A DNA stretch of 64,000 nt. Source: Salisapilia sapeloensis CBS 127946. Taxonomy: Eukaryota > Protista > Oomycota. The translations under genes were made by a program, and so were the position numbers. Under the pieces are notes generated by a model. That model was not told the origin of the DNA, did no database searches, and saw only the letters and a program-made list of their open reading frames with translations. The stretch covers positions 1 through 64,000 of the forward strand of contig JAADVB010000044.1 in NCBI GenBank assembly GCA_023334545.1. The letters run 5' to 3'. Positions 1 through 11,500 of the stretch are shown here, in pieces (position 1 is the first letter of the stretch; each line of letters opens with the position of its first letter).

Positions 1-1
1 G

Positions 2-76
2 AGTCATCTTAGCGCAAGCGATGTGGATGTGGAAGACAAAGAGGAAGACGGAGAGATTTTCGACATGGAGCTATGA
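2..76 (+). CDS. 3' end of a gene truncated by the window start (…SHLSASDVDVEDKEEDGEIFDMEL*)
   Basis: Frame 2 is open from the window edge to TGA at 74-76. The tail is acidic and ends FDMEL, similar to the end of the next ORF. Confidence 0.4.
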   Translation, partial: SHLSASDVDVEDKEEDGEIFDMEL

Positions 77-865
77 ATGTCGTCCACGCTACAATATATT
101 TAAACCTTGAATCATCTTATCTTCGTTCGGCGCGTTCTAGTTGCTAGTTTTACCTCCTTGCCTCCTAGCGGTACGCAGCCGATGGGCTGACGTGGAAACA
201 ATCTACAATGGAATCGTCTGCTCGCTCTTATTTCTAATTCGAAACATCGTTCAATTTGATGGTCGCGGACATAATGTTAAATGGTGCGTTCTCCATGACG
301 CCGGATGATGGCCGAGCGAGAATGCCGGTAGATACTGCAGAGTAGTACGAAGGACGTAAAGGATGCGTCAAATCACAAATATACCAGGACCGCTTGGAGA
401 AGATATCGTCGTGGACTCGCGGCGGGAACTACAAGCACGTCACAAGCGTAGGCGGTGTATCCTTGCGATGGTCGTTGTAGAGCAGTGCGAACTTGCAGCA
501 GATTGCGCAAACCCGTCGCTTCTCGGCATGCCGCGGAGGTAGACCGTGCTCGGGTTTTCCACTTTTTCTTCTCGCTTTACGACACTTGCGGTCCATTCAT
601 GCTGCCACGAGATTAGCTACATCCTTAAGATAGGTTTCGACCATCTGCGACGTTGCCGCCGTGTTCATCATCCTTCGCTCTGATCTTCAAGTGCCAAGAG
701 GAATGCATGGCGCTCGAACACGCCGACGCGTAGAGAAAAGAGGAATGACACAGGTCGGCCTACTTTTTTTATTATTGGGAGTTAGAAGGACGCATGCAGT
801 AGAATCTCACATCGAGATTCATCGTTGAATAGCGCTAGCTTTTTTACACTTGATTGAATCAAAGT

Positions 866-1363
866 ATGCTCGACCAGCTGGCATCGCCAAAAGTTCATTT
901 GACGCACTTTTCAACTTGCCGAAAGAGTGAGACGGCTCTAAGAATGCAGACGCAAAGCCTTCCGACACGGAGTATGGCGCTGCCGCCGACGCCACCGGTG
1001 CCAGCGCAGGTGATGGCAGCGCAAAAGTGCGCGCGAGGGTCGCTCCAGAGCTCTGAGGATGAGACCGAGAGCGAATCGCTTCAGTCCGACCGCAGTGGCC
1101 CGTATCTATCACCGGCGTATTCGAACCACTCGACACCGCACCCACGTTATTTAAAACCCACCAGTAGCAAGTGCCCGACTGCAGACCAGTCAAGGCCACG
1201 ATCACGGACGGAACCAGTGGAAATTCCTCCGAAAACGACCGAGTTTGACGACTGGTACGATGCCCTTCGAAGTGCTGACAATGGGTCTCCAGAAGCATCT
1301 GGCGGGTCTGACAAGATGCCTGCGTCGGATACGCACGACATGATGTTCGACATGGACATGTAA
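866..1363 (+). CDS. Small Ser/Pro-rich, probably disordered protein (165 aa) ending in FDMDM
   Basis: Single ORF with first ATG at 866 (the track start at 854 is TTG). Low complexity; contains RPRSRT and EPVEIP. No folded domain recognised. Confidence 0.6.
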   Translation: MLDQLASPKVHLTHFSTCRKSETALRMQTQSLPTRSMALPPTPPVPAQVMAAQKCARGSLQSSEDETESESLQSDRSGPYLSPAYSNHSTPHPRYLKPTSSKCPTADQSRPRSRTEPVEIPPKTTEFDDWYDALRSADNGSPEASGGSDKMPASDTHDMMFDMDM

Positions 1364-1676
1364 CCTGCGTGAAAGTGGGATAGGACGAAGGTATGTCAGG
1401 TAGAATTGGCATTCTCTTCAAGTTAGGCTAGCACCCATTTCTCTCGTTCGTGCCATTAGGAAGTACGAGCGTGATAGGTGGGACGAAAAGCGTTTGATCT
1501 TTTTTGGATTATCAAGCGTCGACATGAACTCGCACAAGTAAAGCAAGCGATGGAAATACAAAAAATACTGCTATGTCGTGTAGTTTACATGTAGCTAGGT
1601 AAAAAACCAGGTTGCTGTTCAATAGACTTTCTTTTATGAGATGACGGGGTTCCATTAAAAACGTTTAAAAGGCATC

Positions 1677-2770
1677 ATGCAGGCATCGGAGGTGGCAGCA
1701 ATGGCCGACGCGGAGAACGCAAAGGCAGAGGTGCCGATGAAGGTTGGCATGCGTGTTGGTATGTCCCCAATGCTATTGGGTCTAATGTGAGAGTTTATGG
1801 ATCTAATGCAGTTGCATGTGGATGGTAGATATCCTAGATGAGGAGGGCATTTGGAACACGGGCAAAATCGTCGATATTGATCAGCAGGAAGAGAACATGG
1901 TACTGATCTTTGCCAACTGTATTGGTAAGCCATGGATGTAGCTCTGACTGTATTCTATAGGTGGAAATTAAGTACGATGGATGGCCAGATGAGCATAACG
2001 AGTGGGTCGAATGCGATAGTGATCGACTGGCACCACTACATACATTCACGCTGGTGAAGAAGTGCTGGGCAAAGCTACGCAAGTGGCCTTGGTGGCCTGC
2101 CTTCGTGGTGCTACGTGCACCAACGACGCAACTGGCGAGGGAGTGTCTCGAAATCGAGAAGAAGGTGTACGTCGAGTTTAACGATGCCTTTAGCGAGCCC
2201 AAGCGATCGCGTTGCTGGCTCATGCGCAAAGACGTATCTTCATTCGACGACGAGTTTGACGAACGCGCTGGCAAGAGCCTTGGCAAGAACTTCCACAAGT
2301 TTGTGGAGGGCACACAGCGAGCGCAAGCCGAAAACTCGCCGCTCCTCTTCACTGGTCCAGGGTCACTCTGCATCGAGTACTCGAGTATCACGCCACGTCG
2401 TCTATCTGATCATCGGGGCAAGTTCTCTCCGGATAAATGGGGTGAGATGTTTGAGATCTTGAATGATCGATACCGAGAGCTCTACGGCTACGAGTTCATG
2501 GACGAGCCGGTGCCATCACGTAAGCCTTTACCGGCCAAGAAGGGTCGGGGTCGCCCTGCTAAGAGGGCAAAAACAGAGGAGACGGGTACGTTGCAGCCTC
2601 TAGAAAGTAGAAGATGTGACTCATTCGTGCTAGTACGCGTAGAACAAGAAGATGAGCATGATAGCGGCGAAAACGAGGATGATGCGTCTGTCGATGAGCC
2701 GAGAGAGTCTAAGCGCAAGACTCCGGCACGCCGTGTGGCCGATGCGGAGCGCACGAAAGGTTTGGATTAG
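1677..2770 (+). CDS. Tudor-knot/chromo-barrel + PWWP domain protein, paralog A (possibly continuing to 3409)
   Basis: Spliced reading via GT-AG introns 1759-1828 and 1900-1960: MKVGMRV-DILDEEGIWNTGKIVDID…M-VEIKYDGWPDEHNEWVECDSDRLAPLHTFT (Tudor-like barrel), then CWAKLRKWPWWPAFV (PWWP). A basic/acidic tail follows, including the AT-hook-like KKGRGRPAK. Confidence 0.8.
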
Positions 2771-2912
2771 CCTCGCTTTATCTGCATTAGGTCCGCGGCT
2801 GCCGTTGGCTACATGCGACCGATTTTATTCTCCTTTTTATTTTCTCGTGCTTTGGCGTAATAATCTTTTTGCATCCACTAATCATTTCCTTTTGTTCTCT
2901 CGTTGGTCATAG

Positions 2913-3409
2913 TCATTCAGCAACTTGTTGACTCGGCGCTGGAGCATACACCGACTAGCGAATTGCACGATACGACGCCGAAGCAAGATGAAGAGGAAAC
3001 AATAATCACGGCGGATGAGACACCCAGTCAGGACCAAGAGGAGGCTCAAGTTGTGATGAATGAAGCGCCTAGCCAGGAACAAGAGGCAGCTCAAGTCGTA
3101 GTACAAAAGACGCCTAGTCAGGATCAAGAGGAGGCTAGAGTCACGGTGGAGGAGCGTCCTGTAGTGACGGGTGTTGCGGAGAAGTTTGGCGAGACTGGAG
3201 CGAGGAGAAACAGGGGCAAGAGGAAGAGCCAGCCGATGTCGTTGACGCAGCGCAGGCAAAGGAAGCCAACGCAAAAGACTGGTAACCAAACGATTGACTA
3301 TCAGCATTGGTCGGGTGGATCGACAGAGTACGTAGATGGGGAGCCATGGAGTGTCAGCGGTTGGATTAAGCATGGATTGCGTGGACTTTTGTCTGAAGAT
3401 AAGAGTTGA
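2913..3409 (+). CDS. Probable last exon of Tudor/PWWP paralog A (or a separate small gene); acidic repeat region
   Basis: ORF 2903-3409 has no ATG near its start. A phase-1 donor at about 2760 (AAAG|GTTTGG) and acceptor at 2912 (CATAG|TC) join it in frame to the upstream ORF. Confidence 0.45.
2972..3151 (+). repeat. Four imperfect 45-nt (15-aa) coding tandem repeats: TTPKQDEEETIITAD / ETPSQDQEEAQVVMN / EAPSQEQEAAQVVVQ / KTPSQDQEEARVTVE
   Basis: Units start at 2972, 3017, 3062 and 3107, an exact 45-nt period. Confidence 0.85.
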
Positions 3410-3545
3410 GAGGCGGCATGAAATAGCAGAGACGAGGGGAAGAGATGCATCGAGTATACAGACAAGTCACGGATGAAATGCATCCCAATTTTTTGTCTTT
3501 TACTCACTTTGTCATGGCATTTAGTTTAAATCATAATCGTATCTC

Positions 3546-6063
3546 CTACGCGTCTTCAAGGTCCGCACATTCACTTAGTTTGTGCATGAGCCAGGAACTC
3601 GATCGGAAGGAATTGCTGTAGAACATGCGACTCGAGTCAAATGAAAGACGTTCTGCAGGACTTTCAAAAAATTCTTCTAGCTCGTGCTTGTCCGCATCTT
3701 CGTCTTCTTCATCAATACATACATCAACGTCGGTAGGAGTCTGTGCTGGTAGACTTGCGCTTTTGCCTGACATGGTGAACTCTTTGTTTTTCGTGGTTGC
3801 TGCAAGGATTAAGTTCAAGTGTCATAGAGATAAGATGGTAGTGATGTCTACGTACGTAGCATATCAGCACGCATGCGAGGGAATACGCTAGATTGCGTAA
3901 AGGGCAAAGATTCTACTCCCTCCGATCCGTCACTGGACGATTGCACGTCTTTCTCGCTACTAACTGCTTCCTGTTCATTCTTTGGACTGTTGCTGTCTCC
4001 AGTAGCTCTACTGTCATCTACTTTTCCATTAACTTTACTTTCGGCTTTGTTTAGTCGAGGGGTGTTGTGGCTGGTGGATGGCAGCGGGTCGCTTGATGCA
4101 TCCTCTTCATCCACTTTGACATCATCGTTCGTGACTTGAACGTTGGATGGTAGCGACTGCATTGTTGCTGTCGCTTTTGGGGTCGAAGGAGTATCTGCAG
4201 TGAGCTAGATGAGGCTACTGCTATCTCTTCATACTTTCAAGTTCAAAGTACCTGCTATAGGTCGTAGGAAAGAGTGTGAAGCACTATCATTCGGCATCTC
4301 GAGCGTTGGTGATGGATCATTATGCTCCTGTTTTGACTCCATCTGTACATCCAATTCGTCTTTATCATTAGCACCATGCTTCTCTTTTTCCTCTTGAGTG
4401 CCAGTTGGAAGACTAGTATCCATGTCATCTTCAGTACTATCAAAGCCATCATATGCGTCATCAATCGACAGTTTTTTCTTCAGTTCGTCCATATTCGACC
4501 CTCCCGTCTCGTGCCACAAGATCGCATCATGCTCTACATCCACCAGATTACCAGACATGGAGACTATCGAGATGGATAGATGCGTACCTTGACTAGGAGG
4601 TTGCTGACTCCCATTACTAGCCATAGCGTTGACCCACGGGTTATCCTCCTCCTGTTCTGGTGCATACTCTTCATCTAAATGTTCGCTGGAGGCAGAAGCA
4701 GCTTCCTCCTCGTCCCTGGGAACAACAATGATACCAGACGCCGACGACCCCCCAGGCGTCGCTTCCGGCTCGACGATTCCCTTACTATCTGCACTAGATG
4801 TTTTGTACGCCAGTCGTCTCTTTCGTTTTCCTTGTGGAGATGTCTTTCGAGACTGAGCTGTAGGCTTCTGTCGTGGAGTCGATACTCCTTTCCTTCGCTT
4901 TCTCCTCTTTTTACTTTCGTCGTCATCTTCATCGATGATAAATTGGTCGCGATGGATCGTAATATGTGGAAAGAGTGGAGATCGATATCTCGGATCTTCG
5001 ATATCATCTTGATTCAGTTCAGACGCTAGACCATTCAATTGCTTCAGTTTTTTCTTATTAGGTGTTCCTGATGTCGATGAGTCCGCGTCAGACTCTTCCA
5101 ATTGACCACAGTCGACGGTCCCTGTCTCATTCTGTTCCATCCGATCGTACTGGAAGTACTCTTGATGACGCTGTCTATTGTTTCGAAAGTTACGCTTCCA
5201 TAGCTCTCGTCCGGTATCCTTGCGCATCATATAGACGGAAGGAGCAGGTTCACCTGCGTAAGCCTTTGGGAGCGAGCGTTTGACAAACGTCGGCATCCGA
5301 TTCGTCGCCCGCGATAGACAGAGTCGACCGAACGCATTCTCAAAGTCCACACCTGTCGTCTGCTTCCGCCATGACTCCCTCCCATGCTGAAAGCTTCTGA
5401 TCTTACTTACTGGCAGCCAGCAGCTAGGACGATCATGTCAGTGTGGCATGTGTCTAAAGAGTATATAGGGCCTACCGGCAGCGTTTATAGTAAGTGCTGT
5501 GGTCCAGCATGTCTACTAGAAGCCGTCTCTCCTCGCGGAGGTTTTCCATGCCAACAGCAGTCCCTGGTGAGCGAATGGTGATCTAGATGAAGCTCAGGTC
5601 ATGATATGCTGGCAGGAAGGAGTTTAAAGACTTAGATTTGTACCAGAGATGGCCACCATGGCCAATTTTTATACTTGGTCCAGCATTTAACAGTATATGT
5701 GTACGTATGAAACGGTGCCACTCGCTCACTTTCGATGTCCAAGATCTCATCGTAGTAGTGTGGCCAGCCATCATAAGTGACTTCGATCTATGATACAAGT
5801 CATAAAAGTATTCTTTATATTCATTCTTTTTATAGAGCTGCACGAACCGATTCGCCTTGATTAATCACTCTCATAATCGTTGCAACGTTCCATACACCAG
5901 CATGATCCAAAGCATCTACTTATCCGTTCGTATCAATCGAGTCGACAGCTTGTTGGTATCGGCGTATACCAATGATATCGCCTGACTTTAGATGATACTT
6001 GGCTGTCTCATTCACTTCTTCATACTCATCTTGAGCTATGGCTTGTTCCTTTGGATTCGACAT
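3546..6063 (-). CDS. Tudor-knot/chromo-barrel + PWWP domain protein, paralog B, with a long acidic/basic disordered C-terminus
   Basis: ATG at 6063, preceded by an in-frame stop. Introns 5969-5916, 5847-5788, 5643-5583 and 5475-5424 give …KSGDII-DALDHAGVWNVATIMRVINQGES-IEVTYDGWPHYYDEILDIESERVAPFHTYTYTVKCWTKYKNWPWWPSL-ITIRSPG…KRCR-CWLPV…, which joins track ORF 4229-5350. Two further introns link ORFs 3848-4162 and 3546-3818. Confidence 0.8.
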
Positions 6064-6222
6064 CCTCTACTGCCTTGTCTAGAGACCTTGTCGCGTTCTT
6101 CCCAAGTGCTGGCATGCACCTCGCTCCGGCAGGTATACAAAAAGCAAGTGAAGGGGTTATGCTAGGCAAAGTATGCGACGAGGAATTTGATAGTCAGAAT
6201 TCTACTAGGAACACTTAGAAGG

Positions 6223-6678
6223 ATGGAGAGCGAGCATCTAGCACAGTCTGCAACGGAGTTCCAGGCAACTACCTATCATCCTTCAGATGGGGCTAGTGCC
6301 AAGTGTGGCGCATGTATGGTGGTGCTGAGCGATGGAGATCGCGTGAAGCAGTTGCCATGTCAGCATGAGTTCCATGCGCAATGCTTGGACGGCCACTTGG
6401 CCACGGAGCTTGGATGCCCCGTCTGCAAAAAACAAGTGCTGTATCCAATGGCCAAGCCTGCTGCGCCACTACCGGCAGGTGCGCAGTCCGGTATGCCATT
6501 CGCCGTCCCGCTCGATGGCACTGATACTCGCTCGTACGGCATCTGCCGTGGCTGTCATAACGTTTTCTATCGTAATCCAACGTCTGTCCGTCCAGAAACG
6601 AGTGGATGGTACAGATGTGAAGGATGTCGTGGTACAGACCCCGTTCGATTCGCAAAAGCCATTTGCACGTTGCAATGA
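6223..6678 (+). CDS. RING-H2 finger protein (putative E3 ubiquitin ligase) with a C-terminal CxxC…CxxC motif
   Basis: CGAC-x14-CQHEFHAQC-x10-CPVC matches the C3H2C3 pattern. Second motif CRGC…WYRCEGC. First ATG at 6223. Confidence 0.85.
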   Translation: MESEHLAQSATEFQATTYHPSDGASAKCGACMVVLSDGDRVKQLPCQHEFHAQCLDGHLATELGCPVCKKQVLYPMAKPAAPLPAGAQSGMPFAVPLDGTDTRSYGICRGCHNVFYRNPTSVRPETSGWYRCEGCRGTDPVRFAKAICTLQ

Positions 6679-7099
6679 AGTCTGATCAAAGCAGCACAAG
6701 GACTCCCTACTTGCAACTAGTACAGGAAAGCGTAATATATGCTCTTTTTCATTTTGCTTTTCTTAGCTAAATGTACCTCCAAATGGCAGTAGGATCATCA
6801 GGAAGATACAAGTCTCGACGATCCGTCAGATTCTTTGTGGAGGCTAGTCAGTCATTCTTTCTACATACGGACAATAGTACAGCTCAAGGTTCTAAAGTAG
6901 ATAACACTATCTTCCTGGCTTCGATCTTCTCTATGCAGCTCTTCTTCAACATAACTTCAATAGAATACGTATCAAACTAGCTAGCGAATCGTCATCGACA
7001 CTTTGCATCTTGATTTTTGTATCGAAGTAAGAAAAGAGATTTTATAAGAGAGCAAGAGCGGAGGGGAAGCGATCGGCCCTTGTACGAGCTAAATTAGGC

Positions 7100-8197
7100 A
7101 TGTTTAACTACTTGGCAGACCGGTTGAATGTCAAACAGATCGGGGAGATGCTTGCCCCGACGTTGACGCCGGAACAAGAGCTGCATGCGGCCATTGAGGG
7201 CGGGCTCGAAGACAAGTTCTTGCGACTCTTGGACGAGCAGCACGTGGACGTGAATGCACGTACGGATGCAGGCAGTCTTCCTATCCATACGGCAGCCTAC
7301 CATGGCCGGGTTAGCATGGTGGAAGAGTTGCTGTCGAGACAAGTCCACGTGGATGCCATCGGTCCGCGCGGGAGCACGCCGATGCACCTGGCGGCATCCC
7401 AGGGTCATGAAAACGTGGTGCGTCTACTAGTGAACAGCGGTGGCAATCCAGCCGCGCGGAACCGTAACAACAGTACGCCGTATGATGTGGCGAAAGGTGG
7501 AAGCTTGCGACAGTATCTCCTACCTCTCCAGTTCCAGCATGAAGACCCGAATCAGGCAGCATCGATGATCCCGGCAGGTATTACGCCTAGTATCGATCCG
7601 AATGCTCCTCGTCCGGACATTGCTCCACCCCCGACTGCAGACATGGTTATGCAGCAACAGACTGAAGTGCCTCCACCTCCAGCGGCGCACAGTTCGCTCT
7701 ACGCCGCGTCTTCCCACAGTGCCATTCCTCGCGGTGGCAACTACAGTCGCTTTGCCAAATCTAGCTACCGTCCGATCCAAGCTGATGGCTTCGGTACAAG
7801 TGTGGGGAATGAAGAACTAACAGCAAAGTATGGAAACACAAGAGAAGTGAAGAAGACGGCGCCGCCGCCAGCAGCCATGGGTCCAGGCCCGACAGGTGAA
7901 AGTGCACCTGTTGGTGGTAATCCGTACTCTGGTGCAAGTCGGTTTCAGGCATATGGACAGACGCAACGTGGTAGTGACGTAAGCGGGCAACCTGCACGAG
8001 GTCCGCCGCAATTTAAGATTTTTAATCCGAAAGCAGCTGCCGCAGGAGGTGCTGGTGTGGCACCACCTCCTGTGGGTATGAACCAGCCACCTCCGCCAGC
8101 TATGGGTAGCATGCCTCCACCTGCACCTCAATCCGTGGAGCTAGAGACCCCAAGCGAGCACGTGCATCTCTCGTCGACTTCGAGTAACTTTCAATAG
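7100..8197 (+). CDS. Ankyrin-repeat protein with a Pro-rich C-terminal region
   Basis: Ankyrin consensus motifs GSLPIHTAAYHGRVSMVEELL and GSTPMHLAASQGHENVVRLLV, plus NSTPYDVA. Pro-rich tail with several PPPP runs. Single exon, 365 aa. Confidence 0.85.
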   Translation: MFNYLADRLNVKQIGEMLAPTLTPEQELHAAIEGGLEDKFLRLLDEQHVDVNARTDAGSLPIHTAAYHGRVSMVEELLSRQVHVDAIGPRGSTPMHLAASQGHENVVRLLVNSGGNPAARNRNNSTPYDVAKGGSLRQYLLPLQFQHEDPNQAASMIPAGITPSIDPNAPRPDIAPPPTADMVMQQQTEVPPPPAAHSSLYAASSHSAIPRGGNYSRFAKSSYRPIQADGFGTSVGNEELTAKYGNTREVKKTAPPPAAMGPGPTGESAPVGGNPYSGASRFQAYGQTQRGSDVSGQPARGPPQFKIFNPKAAAAGGAGVAPPPVGMNQPPPPAMGSMPPPAPQSVELETPSEHVHLSSTSSNFQ

Positions 8198-8510
8198 CAA
8201 AAGAAAAGAGAAGTTTGTCTACTTTCCGTGTCCGTACCGCCGTTGTACCTGGTTTCGGTGCATACTCACTTGTAGTCATCACGTGGCTGACTTCCTCGGG
8301 GCATTCATACGACGTCGCGACGAGGGCGTAAGGAGTCTATTTACCGTCGTTGGGCGACGAAAGCAAGTACGTAAGCGCCCCCTCCGGACTCTAGTGTCGC
8401 TGTAGATTCGTCTGCTAGTTTTAGTTGATCGTTATTGAAGCACTAGCTACTCGACTTCTCTTTCGCAACTCGTCTTTTGTCTGTGAACGGACACGAGCGA
8501 TTTAGGCGGT

Positions 8511-11500
8511 ATGTCTCGACGGAATTTCCCTGGCTTTGGCAAGTCGAGTCCGTCTGCATCGACGCCGACTGGCGTGCCAGATCGACGAGATACTCGGAAG
8601 CAAACGTGGGCTGACAAGGTACGCGAGAAGCTACCTCCGTTGGCCGAGAACGAGTACGAGGTTTTATGGGAGCGAGGTGTCTTGGGTGTCATTTTCCTCG
8701 AATCTGAAAAGGACGGCGTACCGTACGTCTCCAAAGCAACAGAGTCATGCATCTCAAGTCGTGTCTGTCAAGGTGATGTGCTCAAGTTCGTCAATGTCGT
8801 ACGGTCCAAGGACCACTCTTTTTCCGATTTTTTCAAGATCTTGGCGACGATGAAGAAGCCGGTGCTGCTCCGGTTTCAGCATCCGTCCAGCCCGACCGAG
8901 TCATCTGGTGAAGACTCGCCCGTCGATCAAGCACAGGCGTCGAGGCAGACGCCGCCACCACAGGAAAAGAGTCGGTCTGCGCGAGGAGCCTTTTGGCGGA
9001 CTACCAAGGAAAGTATGCCTCCAACACAGCCGCCGAAAGCTCCAGCGCCAGCCGTGCGAGCTGATGAGCCTCCGCCGAAAGTCTCAACGCCGTCCAAGAA
9101 ACCGAATTACACCATGTCTCCGCGCGAGGCGAACGGCGTGAACTCTCCGACGCCATCTCCGTCTCCATCTCCACCTCGACAGGAAGAAGGGGAGGAGTAC
9201 GAAGTCCAATGGGAGAGTGGTAGCCTCGGTCTCTTTTTTGGAGAAGACCGACGGACGAATCTACCGGTCGTGACACGAGCGACGGCGAATGCTAGTCCTG
9301 CCGTCCAACGTAGTGTCGCTGTGAACGACACGCTCATTTCGGCGAACGGTCTCCCGTCGTCTCAGCACAAGTTTGAAGAGTTCTTTGGCAAGCTCCAGCA
9401 GATGAATAAACCCGTGCGACTAGTCTTTCGACGTGCTCGATCGAAACACAGTGATAAGCGCACATCGACTGCTGCCAAGGATACTGGATCCTTCAAACGT
9501 CCATTTACTTCCTCTCCATCATCCTTTCGATCGCGACAATCCACACATACGTCTGCACGACAGAAAGCATCCGAGGACACTGCGTCGACTCCGAGTTCTC
9601 GAGTGTCCAGTCGACTGGACACGGAGAAACGGAAGGAGGAGCAGCCGACGACACCATCTAAAGCGTCGAAGCCTTCTCGATGGAAGCGAAGTGGTAAATC
9701 TTCGAATGTGAGTCCACCACCAGAGGCTTCTCCACATGACAAAACAGCTCTTCCGAGCCCAACGACAGAGCCATCTCCTTCCGCCAAGGCAGCTAGTCCT
9801 AGTCCACAAACGGAGGCTTCTCCTCCCTACAAAGCATCTAGTGCGAATCCTCTTCCGACAGAAGCATCTCCACCAAAGACAGGTAGTCTATCTGTTTCCG
9901 TGGGCGAGTCAGGTAGCTCTAGTCCGCCTGCATCAGATCTAAAGCAACTTGTATCTGAAAGACGGCGAGCGACGTCATCGACACCGGCGTTGGAGCCTCG
10001 AGGGGAGGCTGTTATGGAAGGACAAGCGGAGGGCTTGAAGAGTACGAAGGAAGAGGATGAGTCTTCTCCTCGAGACAAGTTGTCTGTCGATACTAAGTCA
10101 TCTCTTGGTCCGAATGAAAAGCCGATGATTGCTGTGGAAGGCAAGGCGTCTCCAGTGCATGCCAAGTCGGAGGAAGAGGATTTTGTCTGGAAAGGAGACG
10201 ATATGTTCCAGGATACAACGACGTCTGGTCGCGCGAGTTCTCGTGCATCACTTGCGTTGCATGAAGAACTGGACTTTACACCTGACGACCATGATATGAA
10301 TTTGGAAGTAGTGGTCGAAGCACCGGAGACAAGTCATGAAGTGGAGGATGTGCCGCCGACACCTGCTGCAGCAGATTTATTCTCCAAAGGTCCGGATCCG
10401 ATTGTGAAGCCGAAGGAGGAAGTGGAAGAAGTGGAGAAGGAAACGGAGGTGATTTCGAAACCGGAGGAGAATGTAATTGTAGAGGAAGGTGGCAAGGCGG
10501 AGTCGAGTGCGACGGAGGAAGAGGATGCGATTGACTTGAATAGTGATATAGACAGTCTGGACAGTGATCCGCCGATGCCAGAAGACGTTGCAACGATGGA
10601 TATCGATGTCGAGTTTTCCGATAGTGATGAGGAAGAGGAGAGTGTCGAGAAAGAGGTGGCGGATGTAAAGGAGCCGGATGTGGAGGTAGATACGCCGAGT
10701 GAGATTGTCGTGGAAGTTCCAGAGGAAGCAGAGGAAGAGGATGAGGATGAGGATGAGGTAGTCGTAGAGGCACCGACGGTAGAGATCCCGGATGAATCAC
10801 AGGAAGAAGATGAGGTGGAAGCTCCGACGGTGGAGATCCCGGATGATGGCATTGAAGTGCACGTCCCAGAGCCTTCTAAGGAAGAGGAGGAGGATAGTGA
10901 AGAGGAGCTGGGTGTGGATGATGAAGACGGTTCAGAGGAGGAGAGACAAGAAGACATGGCGCTGGATGAAGTGGATGACAGCAAGAATGAGCCACCAGAA
11001 GATATGGACGAGATGGCGGTAGACCCGGACATTTCGGCTGATCCGGACGACAGTGACGTCGTGCCGACGCACAAGAGTGACGACGCGAACTCTTCGAACG
11101 GGTCCAAGCCAAGGTCGAATATCCATGCCAACCTAGCCAAGTACAAGCGGAAGGGCAAGAGCGGTCGCGGCTTGACCAAGTTGCCGACGCTCGGGGAAGA
11201 GTCGTCCACGACGGTGCCGCTCGTGGCGCCATTGGCGGTGAACTCGAATGTCCAAGTGCGCGGCCGATCGCGTCCTGCCACGAGGATGGTGGATACGCCT
11301 GATAGTCGAACGTACTTGGTTAAGTGGAAGGAGAACCGTAGCATCGGCCTACAGCTTCGAGAAGTGCGGTTCGGCAAGTCTATCTATCCGCTCGTGACGG
11401 ACGTGTGTCAGAAGCCGTGCTGCGAGCCACTGCATCACGTGTGCATTGGAGACGTGATCCTCGAGATCAATGGTCGAAACACGTCGTTAATGGGCGTTAA

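Noticed and set aside
77-865. Possible small gene on either strand (several 45-66-codon frames and one well-formed 50-nt GT-AG interval on the minus strand)
   Set aside because: No splice model gave a convincing or recognisable protein. Left unresolved rather than called.
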